A program made the position numbers and the translations under genes. Positions 35,689 to 45,344 of a stretch of 64,000 nt of DNA are shown piece after piece. Source of the stretch: Anaerolineales bacterium (lineage in GTDB: Bacteria > Chloroflexota > Anaerolineae > Anaerolineales > Villigracilaceae). The notes beneath the pieces were generated by a model. The model worked only from the letters and a program-made list of their open reading frames with translations. It searched no databases and was not told where the DNA came from. Numbering within the stretch: the first letter of the stretch is position 1; each line of letters starts with the position of its first letter. The stretch covers positions 2,513,315-2,577,314 of the forward strand of contig JAXLVS010000001.1 of assembly GCA_046328875.1 (NCBI GenBank), read 5' to 3'.

Positions 35689-37071
35689 ATGCGCCCCCTT
35701 GAAATCCTTATATCTGTTTTACTTGTAGCTTATTTAATCTGGCCACATCCGCGTCCATTTATCATTCGCCTTGCGCCTGCTTTGGCGTTAGTCTTCACTC
35801 TCCTTCACTTTGGTCTGGAAGGCTATCGCTGGCAGATGGTTCCACTCTACGTGCTGACGACTCTGCTCACAATCAGTAGCTTGAGCAAGATATCTGGCAC
35901 CGCGGACTGGAAGCCACTCGCCTCTTACTTGACTTTGATCCTGCTTGCGCTTTCAACAGCAGTTCCCTATCTGTTACCTGTTCCTAAAATCCCTACCCCC
36001 AGTGGACCTTATCAGATCGGCACAGCTATTTATGAAATGACTGATTCCTCTCGCCAGGAAATTTATTCTGGCAAGGATGAAGCTCGCCGCTTTATGATCC
36101 AGATTTGGTATCCCGCCGAAGTGAAAAGTTCAGATGTCCGTGCTCCGTGGATGTCTAACGCTGCGATCTATGCTCCTGCCATTGCAACATATATCGGTTT
36201 GCCATCTTTCTTTCTTGATCATCTTGCATTGGTTGAAATCCCTGCATACAAAGATGCGCAAGTTACAACAAGTGATGGCGGTTTCCCTGTCATTCTCTTC
36301 TCCCATGGCTGGAATGGATTCAACGCGCAAAATACAGGTCAGGCACTTGAGTTGGCAAGCCATGGATATGTGGTGGTTGGCGTTCAGCATACTTATGGTG
36401 CAGTCACCACTGTTTTCCCTGATGGAACGATTGCACCGAACAACCCTAAAGCATTGCCAGAAGATGCAGAAGACCCAAACTATGAAGTGGTAGCCCGAAA
36501 GCTGGTCAATGAATGGGCTGGAGATTTATCCTTTGTATTGGATCAACTGTCAGATTGGGATAGTGAAGCGGGCAATTCATTTGAAGGCAAGTTAGATTTG
36601 GAGCGCGTCGGAGTTTATGGTCACTCCACAGGCGGCGGTGCAGCCATCCAATTTTGCGGCACCGACCCGCGTTGCAAAGCCGTGCTCGGTATGGATCCTT
36701 TCATGCGCCCTGTTTCGGCAGAGGTGATCGAAAATGGCTTATCGCAACCATCTTTTTTTATGTTTAGCCAAGGCTGGGCCGACCTCACCGATAGCAAAAA
36801 TAACCAGCTTTTCAATCAGTTTTTCCCAAACGCCTCTAATAACAAAGGTGTAATAAAGATCGAGGGAACAAAACATTTTGATTTTAGCGACTTGCCCTTG
36901 CTTTCGCCCATTGCCCCTCAACTTGGTTTGAAAGGGCCGTTGAATGGAAAAACTGTGATCAAGATCGTAAATACGTACCTGCTCGATTTCTTTGAAATGA
37001 CATTGAACAATACTCCATCTAACCTATTCGGGAGTTCGAGCCCATTCCCAGAAGTGAAATTACTGAAATAG
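35689..37071 (+). CDS. Membrane-anchored alpha/beta hydrolase (PAF-acetylhydrolase/dienelactone hydrolase-like)
   Basis: N-terminal TMs; PTPSGPYQIG, FSHGWNG, GHSTGG (nucleophile elbow), MDP, HFDFSD. Confidence 0.85.
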   Translation: MRPLEILISVLLVAYLIWPHPRPFIIRLAPALALVFTLLHFGLEGYRWQMVPLYVLTTLLTISSLSKISGTADWKPLASYLTLILLALSTAVPYLLPVPKIPTPSGPYQIGTAIYEMTDSSRQEIYSGKDEARRFMIQIWYPAEVKSSDVRAPWMSNAAIYAPAIATYIGLPSFFLDHLALVEIPAYKDAQVTTSDGGFPVILFSHGWNGFNAQNTGQALELASHGYVVVGVQHTYGAVTTVFPDGTIAPNNPKALPEDAEDPNYEVVARKLVNEWAGDLSFVLDQLSDWDSEAGNSFEGKLDLERVGVYGHSTGGGAAIQFCGTDPRCKAVLGMDPFMRPVSAEVIENGLSQPSFFMFSQGWADLTDSKNNQLFNQFFPNASNNKGVIKIEGTKHFDFSDLPLLSPIAPQLGLKGPLNGKTVIKIVNTYLLDFFEMTLNNTPSNLFGSSSPFPEVKLLK

Positions 37072-37086
37072 TTGGAGAAGATCAAA

Positions 37087-37536
37087 ATGTTCAACAAACG
37101 GTTCAAACTCCAGCCGCCATACTTTTTATATATGGCCCTTTTAGGAATTGGCGGGTTATTTTTTATTTATCGCGGATTCGTGATTGGAAGCTCTGAACCT
37201 TTGTTGATAGGTGTGGTTCTGTTTGTAATAGCAGTAGTGTGTTGGTTGTTACAATTCGCACCCGTTCCCAAAGTTGGCGAAACTGTGGAAACTGAAATAG
37301 CAAAGTTATTTCCTGTTGAATCTAGAAGCAAGGTCATCAATTTGTTGACTGACGGATTTACAGGTTACCAAGCAGATAATATCCATCTCGATATGCTAAA
37401 GATCGCACAAGGCGATATGGACAGACTAAAGAAACTTTCTCGGGCATTAAATCACCAGAGTGATTTTCGGGATGCATATCCCATACTTGAAGATATAAAC
37501 AGGGAATTGAATAAAAATGAAAATAGACAAACGTAA
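37087..37536 (+). CDS. Hypothetical two-TM protein
   Basis: Open frame, two hydrophobic helices and a helical soluble tail. Confidence 0.6.
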   Translation: MFNKRFKLQPPYFLYMALLGIGGLFFIYRGFVIGSSEPLLIGVVLFVIAVVCWLLQFAPVPKVGETVETEIAKLFPVESRSKVINLLTDGFTGYQADNIHLDMLKIAQGDMDRLKKLSRALNHQSDFRDAYPILEDINRELNKNENRQT

Positions 37537-37684
37537 AGCATCAGGTGCGTTCTTACTGTTGGGAATGACATTTCTAGTTCTTGGCTTCGCCACAGATAAT
37601 ACGACTTTCAGTTGGGCGGCAGTGCTCTTTGTACTCACCTCTCTCTTATTGGGCGGGCGCTGGATGAGGCCAAGAAAAAGATAG
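37517..37684 (+). CDS. Small two-TM membrane protein, 55 aa
   Basis: Hand translation MKIDKRKASGAFLLLGMTFLVLGFATDNTTFSWAAVLFVLTSLLLGGRWMRPRKR; fills the gap between flanking genes; basic ends on both sides. Confidence 0.65.
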   Translation: MKIDKRKASGAFLLLGMTFLVLGFATDNTTFSWAAVLFVLTSLLLGGRWMRPRKR

Positions 37685-37714
37685 TGCTTCAAATAAACAA
37701 TAAAAGGATACGAT

Positions 37715-38200
37715 ATGGGAAAACGGGAAGAAATTCTAAAAGCGTACGAAAAATCGCGCGCAATCATGATGGCACAGCTTGACGAGATTGATAAGAACAG
37801 GAAAATTTATCCGCTGTGGACAATTCGCGAGATCATCGCTCATCTTTCAGGGTGGGACGATGCGGCCATTGGCTATCTCACTGCAATATTAAAAGGCGAA
37901 GTTCCACCAACACCCGCCATGCGGGGGACAACTGTTTATAATGACGAAACGGTCAGCACCCGTGAAGGGTTAAATTACGAGCAGATATTACGGGAGTACA
38001 CTGGGACACGCGCCAAACTGATCTCACTAATACAATCTGCTTCTGACGAAGCACTTCAGAAAAAATCCATCCTTCCCTGGGGAGGAGATGGCTCATTTGA
38101 AGATATGGCCAATATTTTTATCCCGCATGAAATTGAACACGCGGAAGATGTGAAGAAGTTGATCGAAGAAGAGAAACAAAAACGTATTAAGGCATCTTGA
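37715..38200 (+). CDS. DinB/DfsB (ClbS-like) four-helix bundle protein
   Basis: WTIREIIAHLSGWD and a C-terminal HEIEH. Confidence 0.8.
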   Translation: MGKREEILKAYEKSRAIMMAQLDEIDKNRKIYPLWTIREIIAHLSGWDDAAIGYLTAILKGEVPPTPAMRGTTVYNDETVSTREGLNYEQILREYTGTRAKLISLIQSASDEALQKKSILPWGGDGSFEDMANIFIPHEIEHAEDVKKLIEEEKQKRIKAS

Positions 38201-38256
38201 GTTAACGTATTTTCAGTAAACTGCTTTAGTAATATTTATTCTGGAAAGGAAATAGT

Positions 38257-38649
38257 ATGGCTACGAAACCCGCTTTGGACTTGAAATTGGTTGAAGAATT
38301 TGTAGGCGTTTCCCATGGAAACTTTGAACGAGTAAAGGAGCTGCTGGCACAGGAACCTGCACTCGTCAATGCGACGTGGGACTGGGGTGGCGGCGATTTT
38401 GAAACCGCTCTGGGCGCGGCCTCTCACATGGGAAATAAAGCCATTGCCAATTTTCTGCTGGAAAATGGTGCCCGTATTGATATTTTTGCGGCCGCCATGC
38501 TTGGCAAACTGGAAATTGTCAAAGCAGCATTGTCGCTATACCCAGATGCTATTGACACGCCTGGCCCACATGGTATTCCGCTGATCGACCACGCGGAAGC
38601 AGGTGGCGCAGAAGCAAAAGCAGTTGTTGAATTTCTAAATAGTTTGTAA
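38257..38649 (+). CDS. Ankyrin-repeat protein
   Basis: ETALGAASHMGNKAIANFLLENGA; AAAMLGKLEIVK. Confidence 0.8.
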   Translation: MATKPALDLKLVEEFVGVSHGNFERVKELLAQEPALVNATWDWGGGDFETALGAASHMGNKAIANFLLENGARIDIFAAAMLGKLEIVKAALSLYPDAIDTPGPHGIPLIDHAEAGGAEAKAVVEFLNSL

Positions 38650-38650
38650 C

Positions 38651-38684
38651 AAAAATGGCAATCCTGAAATGGATTGCCATTTTT
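38651..38684 (+). terminator. Intrinsic terminator
   Basis: AAAAATGGCAATCC-tgaaat-GGATTGCCATTTTT. Confidence 0.75.
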
Positions 38685-38752
38685 AGTACTAAAGGGTTCT
38701 TAGAAAAAAGTGCGCTCCCTGCTACAATTTAAAATAATTACAAGGAGAATAG

Positions 38753-39502
38753 ATGAACAAAAGAACCCGCCTCACTGTTAGTGTACTTGCCGCCGTATTT
38801 TTACTGGCCTGCGCATGTCCTGTAAGCAGCTTGCCCATGCTTAATCAGACACCGACACCCTTCCCAACAAACATTCCTGTTATCCCTACTGTTCCCGTTG
38901 TTCCCACCGTCGCCGTTGTGCCGCCTTCGTCCAATGTTTTGTTGACTGACGACTTTAATGTTCAAAGCCCTGAATTTGAGACGTATACCGATGAAAACGG
39001 AACCGTTGAAACAAGAGACGGCGTTTACCTGGTGCGTGCCATTAGCGACCTCTGGCATTGGGGTAAATCCACAAGTGAGTTCGAAAATACTGTAGCTGAG
39101 TTTGATGTAACCATGATCAGCGGCCCATCAAACAACAACGCAGGTTTTGGTATCGTATGCCGTCTCACAGAGCGCGAAGACACCTCTGTGGATGGGTATA
39201 TGTTAGCAATCAGCGGTGATGGGTATTACACCATCCGCAGCGTGACCGCCAGCAATATGAGTCCGCTGGTAGATTGGACCTATTCAGATGCGGTCCACCA
39301 AGGTATTGTGCTCAACCATGTTCGAGCCACTTGTAATGGTGACCAGCTAAAACTTGAAGTGAACGGCCAGTTGGTCGCAGAAGCAAACACAATTGCAGGC
39401 GGCGCAACTACTGGGGCACTTGCTTTCTCAGCAATTTCATTTGAAGATGCCGAAAAGACAGCCGAAGTCCACTTTGATAATCTGATCGTAAGCCAACCAT
39501 AA
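38753..39502 (+). CDS. Lipoprotein with concanavalin/LamG-like beta-sandwich domain
   Basis: FLLACAC lipobox, Pro/Thr linker, DDF...FGIVCR...NHVRATCNGDQLKLEVNGQLV...VHFDNL. Confidence 0.7.
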   Translation: MNKRTRLTVSVLAAVFLLACACPVSSLPMLNQTPTPFPTNIPVIPTVPVVPTVAVVPPSSNVLLTDDFNVQSPEFETYTDENGTVETRDGVYLVRAISDLWHWGKSTSEFENTVAEFDVTMISGPSNNNAGFGIVCRLTEREDTSVDGYMLAISGDGYYTIRSVTASNMSPLVDWTYSDAVHQGIVLNHVRATCNGDQLKLEVNGQLVAEANTIAGGATTGALAFSAISFEDAEKTAEVHFDNLIVSQP

Positions 39503-39515
39503 ATTTGTACAAAAT

Positions 39516-39548
39516 AAAAGAAGTCCGCTAAATAAGCGGACTTCTTTT
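39516..39548. terminator. Bidirectional terminator between convergent genes
   Basis: AAAAGAAGTCCGCT-aaata-AGCGGACTTCTTTT. Confidence 0.8.
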
Positions 39549-39550
39549 AT

Positions 39551-40522
39551 TTAACTTTCCAGGCGCATTTTTTGCCTGCGAAAGGCAGCACTAAATATCC
39601 GTTCGAAGAAGCCTTTATAGCCGTCCTTATCATACAAGATCATATAATCCGCAGGGCCATACTCCTTGGGCTGAAGCATGATTGCTGGATTAGGGTTAAT
39701 CTCCAAAATGAATAATTCGCCCTTAGCATTCATGCGGATATCGCAACGGCCATAACCTGCGATTCCCATAGCAAGGAACATGCGTCTGCCAGTATCTTGC
39801 AAGCGCGCTACCAGTTCGGGGTCGGTTACTTCTTTAAAATCAAATGGCACATCGTAATTCCATTTGATATCTGTATGCCAAAACTCCTCATTTGGAGGGA
39901 AGATCAATTCGGCAGGTGGATATGCAAACGGCTGATCTGGATTTTCGGAATTCTCAACCACTAACACATTGAATTCCTTTCCGACGATAAATTCCTCCAT
40001 GCGGGCGGCCCCAAATTCGGAACAAATTCGCTTCACCTGCGCGAGAACCTGTTCCATATTCTCAGCACGAGATTCCTTTATCATCCCCATGCTGCCATAG
40101 CTTTTCGGATGCTTGACCATAATCGGGAAGCGCAGGTTCTTCGCTAATTTTTCTGCCTCTTCCACAGTCTTAACTTGATATCCTTTGGCAAAACCAATTC
40201 CATTTGCGTCTGCAACAGCCTGCATTTCTTCACGGGTAGGGTCAAAGCAATTCGAGTCTGCACCGGTAAAGGGAAGCTTGAGCTTCTCCAGAGCATCCAC
40301 TACTTCAATAGCCTCATACCCAAATTCATCATCTTCCAGATCTTCAAACTCATATCCTTCACAGACATTCAGAAAAAGATCGAATTTCTTGCTTTCAGCC
40401 AACGCACGTATCTTATCCATCACGGGCGCGGTCAAGGTAACCATTTCCCATTCATAATCTTTTAAAAATGAGGATGGGTCAAAATCAGCAATCACTTCAT
40501 CGGAAAGAACACAAAGACGCAT
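39551..40522 (-). CDS. ATP-grasp ligase (D-Ala-D-Ala ligase-like, specificity unknown)
   Basis: FPIMVKHP..GSMG, EEFIVGKEF, GYGRCDIR, ILEINPNP; no Ddl N-terminal FGG.S.E motif. Confidence 0.75.
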   Translation of the reverse strand: MRLCVLSDEVIADFDPSSFLKDYEWEMVTLTAPVMDKIRALAESKKFDLFLNVCEGYEFEDLEDDEFGYEAIEVVDALEKLKLPFTGADSNCFDPTREEMQAVADANGIGFAKGYQVKTVEEAEKLAKNLRFPIMVKHPKSYGSMGMIKESRAENMEQVLAQVKRICSEFGAARMEEFIVGKEFNVLVVENSENPDQPFAYPPAELIFPPNEEFWHTDIKWNYDVPFDFKEVTDPELVARLQDTGRRMFLAMGIAGYGRCDIRMNAKGELFILEINPNPAIMLQPKEYGPADYMILYDKDGYKGFFERIFSAAFRRQKMRLES

Positions 40523-40581
40523 CAGTTCACCTCGTTTCGTTTGCAACATTATCATATAAAATCTACATCCACACAATGTTT

Positions 40582-40618
40582 AAACAAAAAGAGCGGTAAT
40601 TAGCCGCTCTTTTTGTTT
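40582..40618 (-). terminator. Terminator ending the amino-sugar operon
   Basis: AAACAAAAAGAGCGG-taattag-CCGCTCTTTTTGTTT. Confidence 0.75.
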
Positions 40619-41654
40619 ACTTCGTCTCTGTCACTTTACGGATGCTGCGAGGCCGCTCTGTGTTGTAGCCTTTTGCCCGCGTTAGATGATAAGCAAACAT
40701 TTGGGCAGGAAGAATACAAATCAACGGAGAAAGCCATTCAGGCACATCAGATGGAATGTTCAATGGAAGGGTCGCCAAAGAAAGCGCTCGTTTATCATTC
40801 GAGATGACAACCAATTCAGCGAGCAACTCCTTGTGCAAGCGCTTCAACATCTCATACATTGAATCAAACACTTTACCCTTTGGAGATATCGCCAACACTG
40901 GGAAGCCACTTTCGAGCATGGCAATTGGACCATGCTGAAAATCAGCCGAAGAATAGGGCTCTGCTTTCACATAAGCTAATTCCTTCAACTTCAACGCCCA
41001 CTCAAAAGCAGTAGAATAATTGAAGCCACGGCCCAACACAACGGTTTGATCCATGTAACGGTATCGTTCAGCTGATCGTGATATGAGAGCATCATGCTTC
41101 AACATTGCCTTCATCCAACGCGGCACCTTTGCCAATTCCGCCCAACGCGCTTTATTCCCATTCAGAGCTGTGGAAAGCATGGCAATAGTCATCAACTCAG
41201 TTGTGTATGTCTTTGTCGCCGCAACAGCTTTTTCTTTACCAGCTTGAATATCCAAAACAAAATCTGCAGCATTTGCAAGCGGCGATTTTGAATCGTTCGT
41301 AATCGCAAGCGTTAAACAATTTTGCTTCTTCCCTTCATCCAACACACTGACAATATCAGGGGATTGACCTGATTGTGATATCCCGACCACCAGCGCATTT
41401 TTCAACGTTGGCGGCTGCTTGTAATATGTAAACAATGATGGAGTTGCCAACGCCAGCGGAAGACCATTTAATGCACCAAGTAAATAATTGGCATAACGGC
41501 CAGCATTATCGGAGGTGCCACGTGCTGCAAGGAAGACATATTGAATATCTCGTTTACGAACAGCAATGGCGATCTTCTCCACTGCTTTCTTTTGCGAACT
41601 AAGCAACGACTCGATACGTTCTGGCTGTTCGGTAATTTCAGAATATAAAGACAT
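40617..41654 (-). CDS. Double-SIS protein (GlmS C-terminal-like; probable isomerising glucosamine-6-P deaminase)
   Basis: ARGTSDNA, ISQSGQSPD, AVAATKTY, EWALKLKE, FQHGP, KVTET; no glutaminase domain. Confidence 0.85.
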   Translation of the reverse strand: MSLYSEITEQPERIESLLSSQKKAVEKIAIAVRKRDIQYVFLAARGTSDNAGRYANYLLGALNGLPLALATPSLFTYYKQPPTLKNALVVGISQSGQSPDIVSVLDEGKKQNCLTLAITNDSKSPLANAADFVLDIQAGKEKAVAATKTYTTELMTIAMLSTALNGNKARWAELAKVPRWMKAMLKHDALISRSAERYRYMDQTVVLGRGFNYSTAFEWALKLKELAYVKAEPYSSADFQHGPIAMLESGFPVLAISPKGKVFDSMYEMLKRLHKELLAELVVISNDKRALSLATLPLNIPSDVPEWLSPLICILPAQMFAYHLTRAKGYNTERPRSIRKVTETK

Positions 41655-41662
41655 AAATTTCT

Positions 41663-43261
41663 CTATTTTGAATAAGCAACCGCTTCGGCCAACCCGGGAA
41701 TTGATACTGGCAATTGACCAGTCATCTCCCCGAAGCCAAAGAGCGCGAGTGCCACAGCACGCATGGATGGTTCCAAAATGCTATATGTGCAAACAAAGGT
41801 AGGTGCCTTTGGAAATTTTGCAAGATCATACGGTAAACGCATTGCAACGACAATCACTGGCTTGCCCAACCCCAACAACTGACGAACAAATTCTGCTTGT
41901 TTCTCTTCTGCACATGCGTTGATCGTTCCAATAACTATCAGGTCATAGCTGCGAATACGCTTCAACGTTACAGATATATCCTCATCACTGGGTGCGTATG
42001 GAATCTTGAATTCATCGGTGTGTGCATGGAATTCACGAATGGATTCGGCCAGCTTAGGTTGAATGTAGGAAGATGTATCTGCTGGTGTAAGGTCTTGTGG
42101 GACAGGGATGACAACAGCGATACGCTTGTCAGCATCTAGTTTGATGGGCAGGTATTTATATTGGTCGCAAACTAGGGTAATGGATTTTTCTGCAATCTCA
42201 TTAGCAACCTGCATGTGTTCAGCAGATTGGATGACACTCAAGTCAGGTGTGGAAGAATTTTCTGCCAGCCATTTTTTCAGGCGCGCAATCCGAGCTGCAG
42301 AAGTTTGCAACTCCTCCATCCCCAACTCACCAGACTGTGCTCCGCTCAGGAGTGCTTCATAAGCACGAGTTTGGTCCATTGGGTCACTGGTGACGAGCAG
42401 CAAATCTGCGCCTGCTTTTGCAGCACGCAATGAGTCTTCACGCAGCAATTCACCTTGACGAATAGCGTGCATGTCCATTGCATCAGTGACGACAACGCCG
42501 TCAAAACCGAGTTCTCGGCGTAATAAGCCGTTGATAATATTTGAAGATAAAGTAGCAGGCGGGGCATCGGGGCCATCGATGGAGGGAATGCCGAGGTGAG
42601 CGGTCATCACCAGTTTGGCATCTGCTTTCAGGGCGGCATGAAACGGAGGCAATTCCACAGAGGAGAGTCGCTCACGCGAGTGTGGAACAGTTGTCAGGCC
42701 AATGTGTGAATCGCTGGCCGTATCTCCATGACCAGGAAAATGCTTGACAGTGGCAGCCACACCTTGAGATTGAATCCCCTCGATCATGGCGGCGGCCAGT
42801 TCGCCAACTAAAGTGGGATCTTCACCGAATGAACGAATACCAACGACAGGGTTATTTGGGTTGACGTTGACGTCGGCGCAAGGCGCGTAATTGACATTGA
42901 TGCCCAGAGCGGCCATTTCACGTCCAAGCACTTCCCCTGCTTTGCGTGCCAACTCTTTTGACCGTGTAGCGCCAATCGCCATATTTCCTGGCAATGGCGT
43001 GCCATCACCAACCGCCATGAGTTGCCCGCCTTCCTGATCCGTAGCGATGATCAACAGAGGCAGACCAAGTTCACGAGCAAGGCGTTGAAGAGAAGCATTC
43101 AACTCTTTGAGTTGTGCAAGCGTTCCAATATTGAGACTGCGAAAAAGTGAAATTCCGCTCGGAGAATATTTCTTAAACGCGTTTACGATTTCGGGCGAGG
43201 GTGTTTCCTTGCCGTGGAATGCGAGTAAAAGTTTTTGTCCTACAAGATGTTCGAGATCCAC
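41663..43261 (-). CDS. nagZ: GH3 beta-N-acetylhexosaminidase
   Basis: DQEGG, RSFGED, KHFPGHGDTASDSH (Asp-His dyad), VTDAMDM. Confidence 0.9.
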   Translation of the reverse strand: MDLEHLVGQKLLLAFHGKETPSPEIVNAFKKYSPSGISLFRSLNIGTLAQLKELNASLQRLARELGLPLLIIATDQEGGQLMAVGDGTPLPGNMAIGATRSKELARKAGEVLGREMAALGINVNYAPCADVNVNPNNPVVGIRSFGEDPTLVGELAAAMIEGIQSQGVAATVKHFPGHGDTASDSHIGLTTVPHSRERLSSVELPPFHAALKADAKLVMTAHLGIPSIDGPDAPPATLSSNIINGLLRRELGFDGVVVTDAMDMHAIRQGELLREDSLRAAKAGADLLLVTSDPMDQTRAYEALLSGAQSGELGMEELQTSAARIARLKKWLAENSSTPDLSVIQSAEHMQVANEIAEKSITLVCDQYKYLPIKLDADKRIAVVIPVPQDLTPADTSSYIQPKLAESIREFHAHTDEFKIPYAPSDEDISVTLKRIRSYDLIVIGTINACAEEKQAEFVRQLLGLGKPVIVVAMRLPYDLAKFPKAPTFVCTYSILEPSMRAVALALFGFGEMTGQLPVSIPGLAEAVAYSK

Positions 43262-43262
43262 A

Positions 43263-44105
43263 TTAACCTTTCAGACCAGAAACAACAACACTTTCAAGAA
43301 TAAAGCGCTGGGCAAAGAAAAATACAATGATAAGGGGAACGGTGGTGAGCACAGCTGCGGTCATAATGGTCGGCCATTGCTGCACCGTGTTGTTGATGTT
43401 GTACAACGTTGATACGTAAACAGGCAGTGTGTAAAGGTCAACGGTCTGCAAATACATCAACGGTGTGAGAAGACTGTTCCATAAGCCAACAAAAAGGAAA
43501 GTGGCAACAGTAGCTAGTGGAGCTTTGACCAGCGGCAAAATAATCTCCCACCAGATTTGAATGTGATTGGCTCCATCCACAAAAGCAGACTCATCCAGTT
43601 CTTTGGGTATTTGCGCCATGGATTGCCGCAGTAAAAATATCATAGCCGCGCCACCCGCAAAATAGCCTGGGATAATAAGCGGGTTGAAGGTTCCAATCCA
43701 ATTCAGCTTGTTGAAGAAAACATATTGAGGAACGATGAGCGCCTGGGGCGGAATCATCATCGTGGAGAGCATCAGGAAAAATACAACATTCTTTCCTGGC
43801 CATTCAATACGGCTGAAGGCATATGCCACTGCGGCAATGGAGATCAATGTCCCAACCAATGCGAGAGTGACATAAAAGACAGAGTTGAAATAGGATCGTA
43901 GGAAATCTTGATTTTGGAAAATGCTTGTATAGGCATTGAGAGTTGGGTGACTAGGAACTAAGACGATGCCAGGGGAGTTTGTCTCTTCCAAAGTCTTCAA
44001 GGAGGAAGAGATCATCCAGAAGAGGGGGAAACTCATCAACACAGTGGCACCTGTGAGAACGACATAGAGCAAAATGCTTTTGAGCATGGGTAAATATTTT
44101 TTCAT
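43263..44105 (-). CDS. Carbohydrate ABC transporter permease (MalG-like)
   Basis: EAA loop PKELDESAFVDGA; LWNSLLTPL. Confidence 0.92.
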   Translation of the reverse strand: MKKYLPMLKSILLYVVLTGATVLMSFPLFWMISSSLKTLEETNSPGIVLVPSHPTLNAYTSIFQNQDFLRSYFNSVFYVTLALVGTLISIAAVAYAFSRIEWPGKNVVFFLMLSTMMIPPQALIVPQYVFFNKLNWIGTFNPLIIPGYFAGGAAMIFLLRQSMAQIPKELDESAFVDGANHIQIWWEIILPLVKAPLATVATFLFVGLWNSLLTPLMYLQTVDLYTLPVYVSTLYNINNTVQQWPTIMTAAVLTTVPLIIVFFFAQRFILESVVVSGLKG

Positions 44106-44114
44106 TTTGCTCTC

Positions 44115-45269
44115 CTAATACACATCATACGTAACCCAGCGATCCTGAAGTCTAAACTGGATCACTGTAACGATCAAAATAATAACGAGAATCACCCACG
44201 AAATTGCAGAACCGTAACCGATCTCAAAATGACTGAAGCTCTTCTGCCATAGATAATAGACCATGGAAATGGTAGAAGAGACGAGCGGTTGATTATCGCG
44301 ATAAAGCACAAAAATCGGCTCAAAAATTTGCAGGGAACTGATCATGCCAACGACCAGATTGTAAAAAATGTATGGCGTAAGCAACGGGAAGGATATCTTC
44401 CAGAAGCGCTGCCAACCTGTAGCCCCATCCACCTCGGCGGCTTCATGCAATTCCTTGGGAATATTGTTCAAGCCTGCAAGGAAGATCAACATCATGGCGC
44501 CGCAACCCCAAACCATCAACAAGACAACGGACATCTTTGTCCATAAAGGACTTTGTACCCAGAGCGGAACGCGGTTATCCGCTGGAAAGCCTGCCTCCAA
44601 CAATTTGTTAAGCAAGTTGAATTTACCAGTATTGATTCCCAAAAAGACAGCAGAAGCAAGTTCCTGCACATAGATGACTGAGCGGTTCACATAATTAAGC
44701 GGCGGAAATGCAGTTGTAGCAGCACGGATTATCTGGTTGATGATGCCAGTACCTGTGTTCAACATCAAACGCCAGCACAACAAAACGGCGGTATTAAAAC
44801 CAAGAATAACAGGGAGATAAAATGCCATGCGGAAGACACGCTCACCGCGCATCTTTTGGTTAAGCATGACTGCAAGAAATAATGCCACGGCCATTTGCAA
44901 AGGCAGGCCGATCACGGTCAAATACAGTGTGTTGACAATAGATGCACGAAAACTATCGTCATTAAATAATAGGTCAGAATAATTTTTGAAGCCGATCCAA
45001 TTTGCAGGTTCATTGGATGTCACCCGATAGTCCGTAAAGCTCCAATACAGAGAAAAAGCCATCGGGACGATCACGAAGATAATGAAACCTACGATCCATG
45101 GCGCAGCAAAGAAATAACCTGCAAACGTATTTTCCTGATTTTTTGGGGATGCACCACGCAGCCTTACGATCGTCCGGGCAAGAAACCCCAACCCATAGCA
45201 ACTTGCAACAATAAACACGACCGCCAAAACAGCAGTGACCAACACATTCAGATATGGATTTTCAGGCAT
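44115..45269 (-). CDS. Carbohydrate ABC transporter permease (MalF-like)
   Basis: IPKELHEAAEVDGA; start MPENP after SD GGAGG. Confidence 0.9.
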   Translation of the reverse strand: MPENPYLNVLVTAVLAVVFIVASCYGLGFLARTIVRLRGASPKNQENTFAGYFFAAPWIVGFIIFVIVPMAFSLYWSFTDYRVTSNEPANWIGFKNYSDLLFNDDSFRASIVNTLYLTVIGLPLQMAVALFLAVMLNQKMRGERVFRMAFYLPVILGFNTAVLLCWRLMLNTGTGIINQIIRAATTAFPPLNYVNRSVIYVQELASAVFLGINTGKFNLLNKLLEAGFPADNRVPLWVQSPLWTKMSVVLLMVWGCGAMMLIFLAGLNNIPKELHEAAEVDGATGWQRFWKISFPLLTPYIFYNLVVGMISSLQIFEPIFVLYRDNQPLVSSTISMVYYLWQKSFSHFEIGYGSAISWVILVIILIVTVIQFRLQDRWVTYDVY

Positions 45270-45294
45270 GGGCACTTCCTCCAAAAGATAAAGG

Positions 45295-45328
45295 AAAGGT
45301 TGGGTGGAGAAATCTCCACCCAACCTTT
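45295..45328 (-). terminator. Stem-loop between binding protein and permease genes
   Basis: AAAGGTTGGGTGGAGA..TCTCCACCCAACCTTT; position typical of an mRNA-stabilising or attenuating hairpin. Confidence 0.65.
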
Positions 45329-45344
45329 AGTATAAGCCAGCAGC

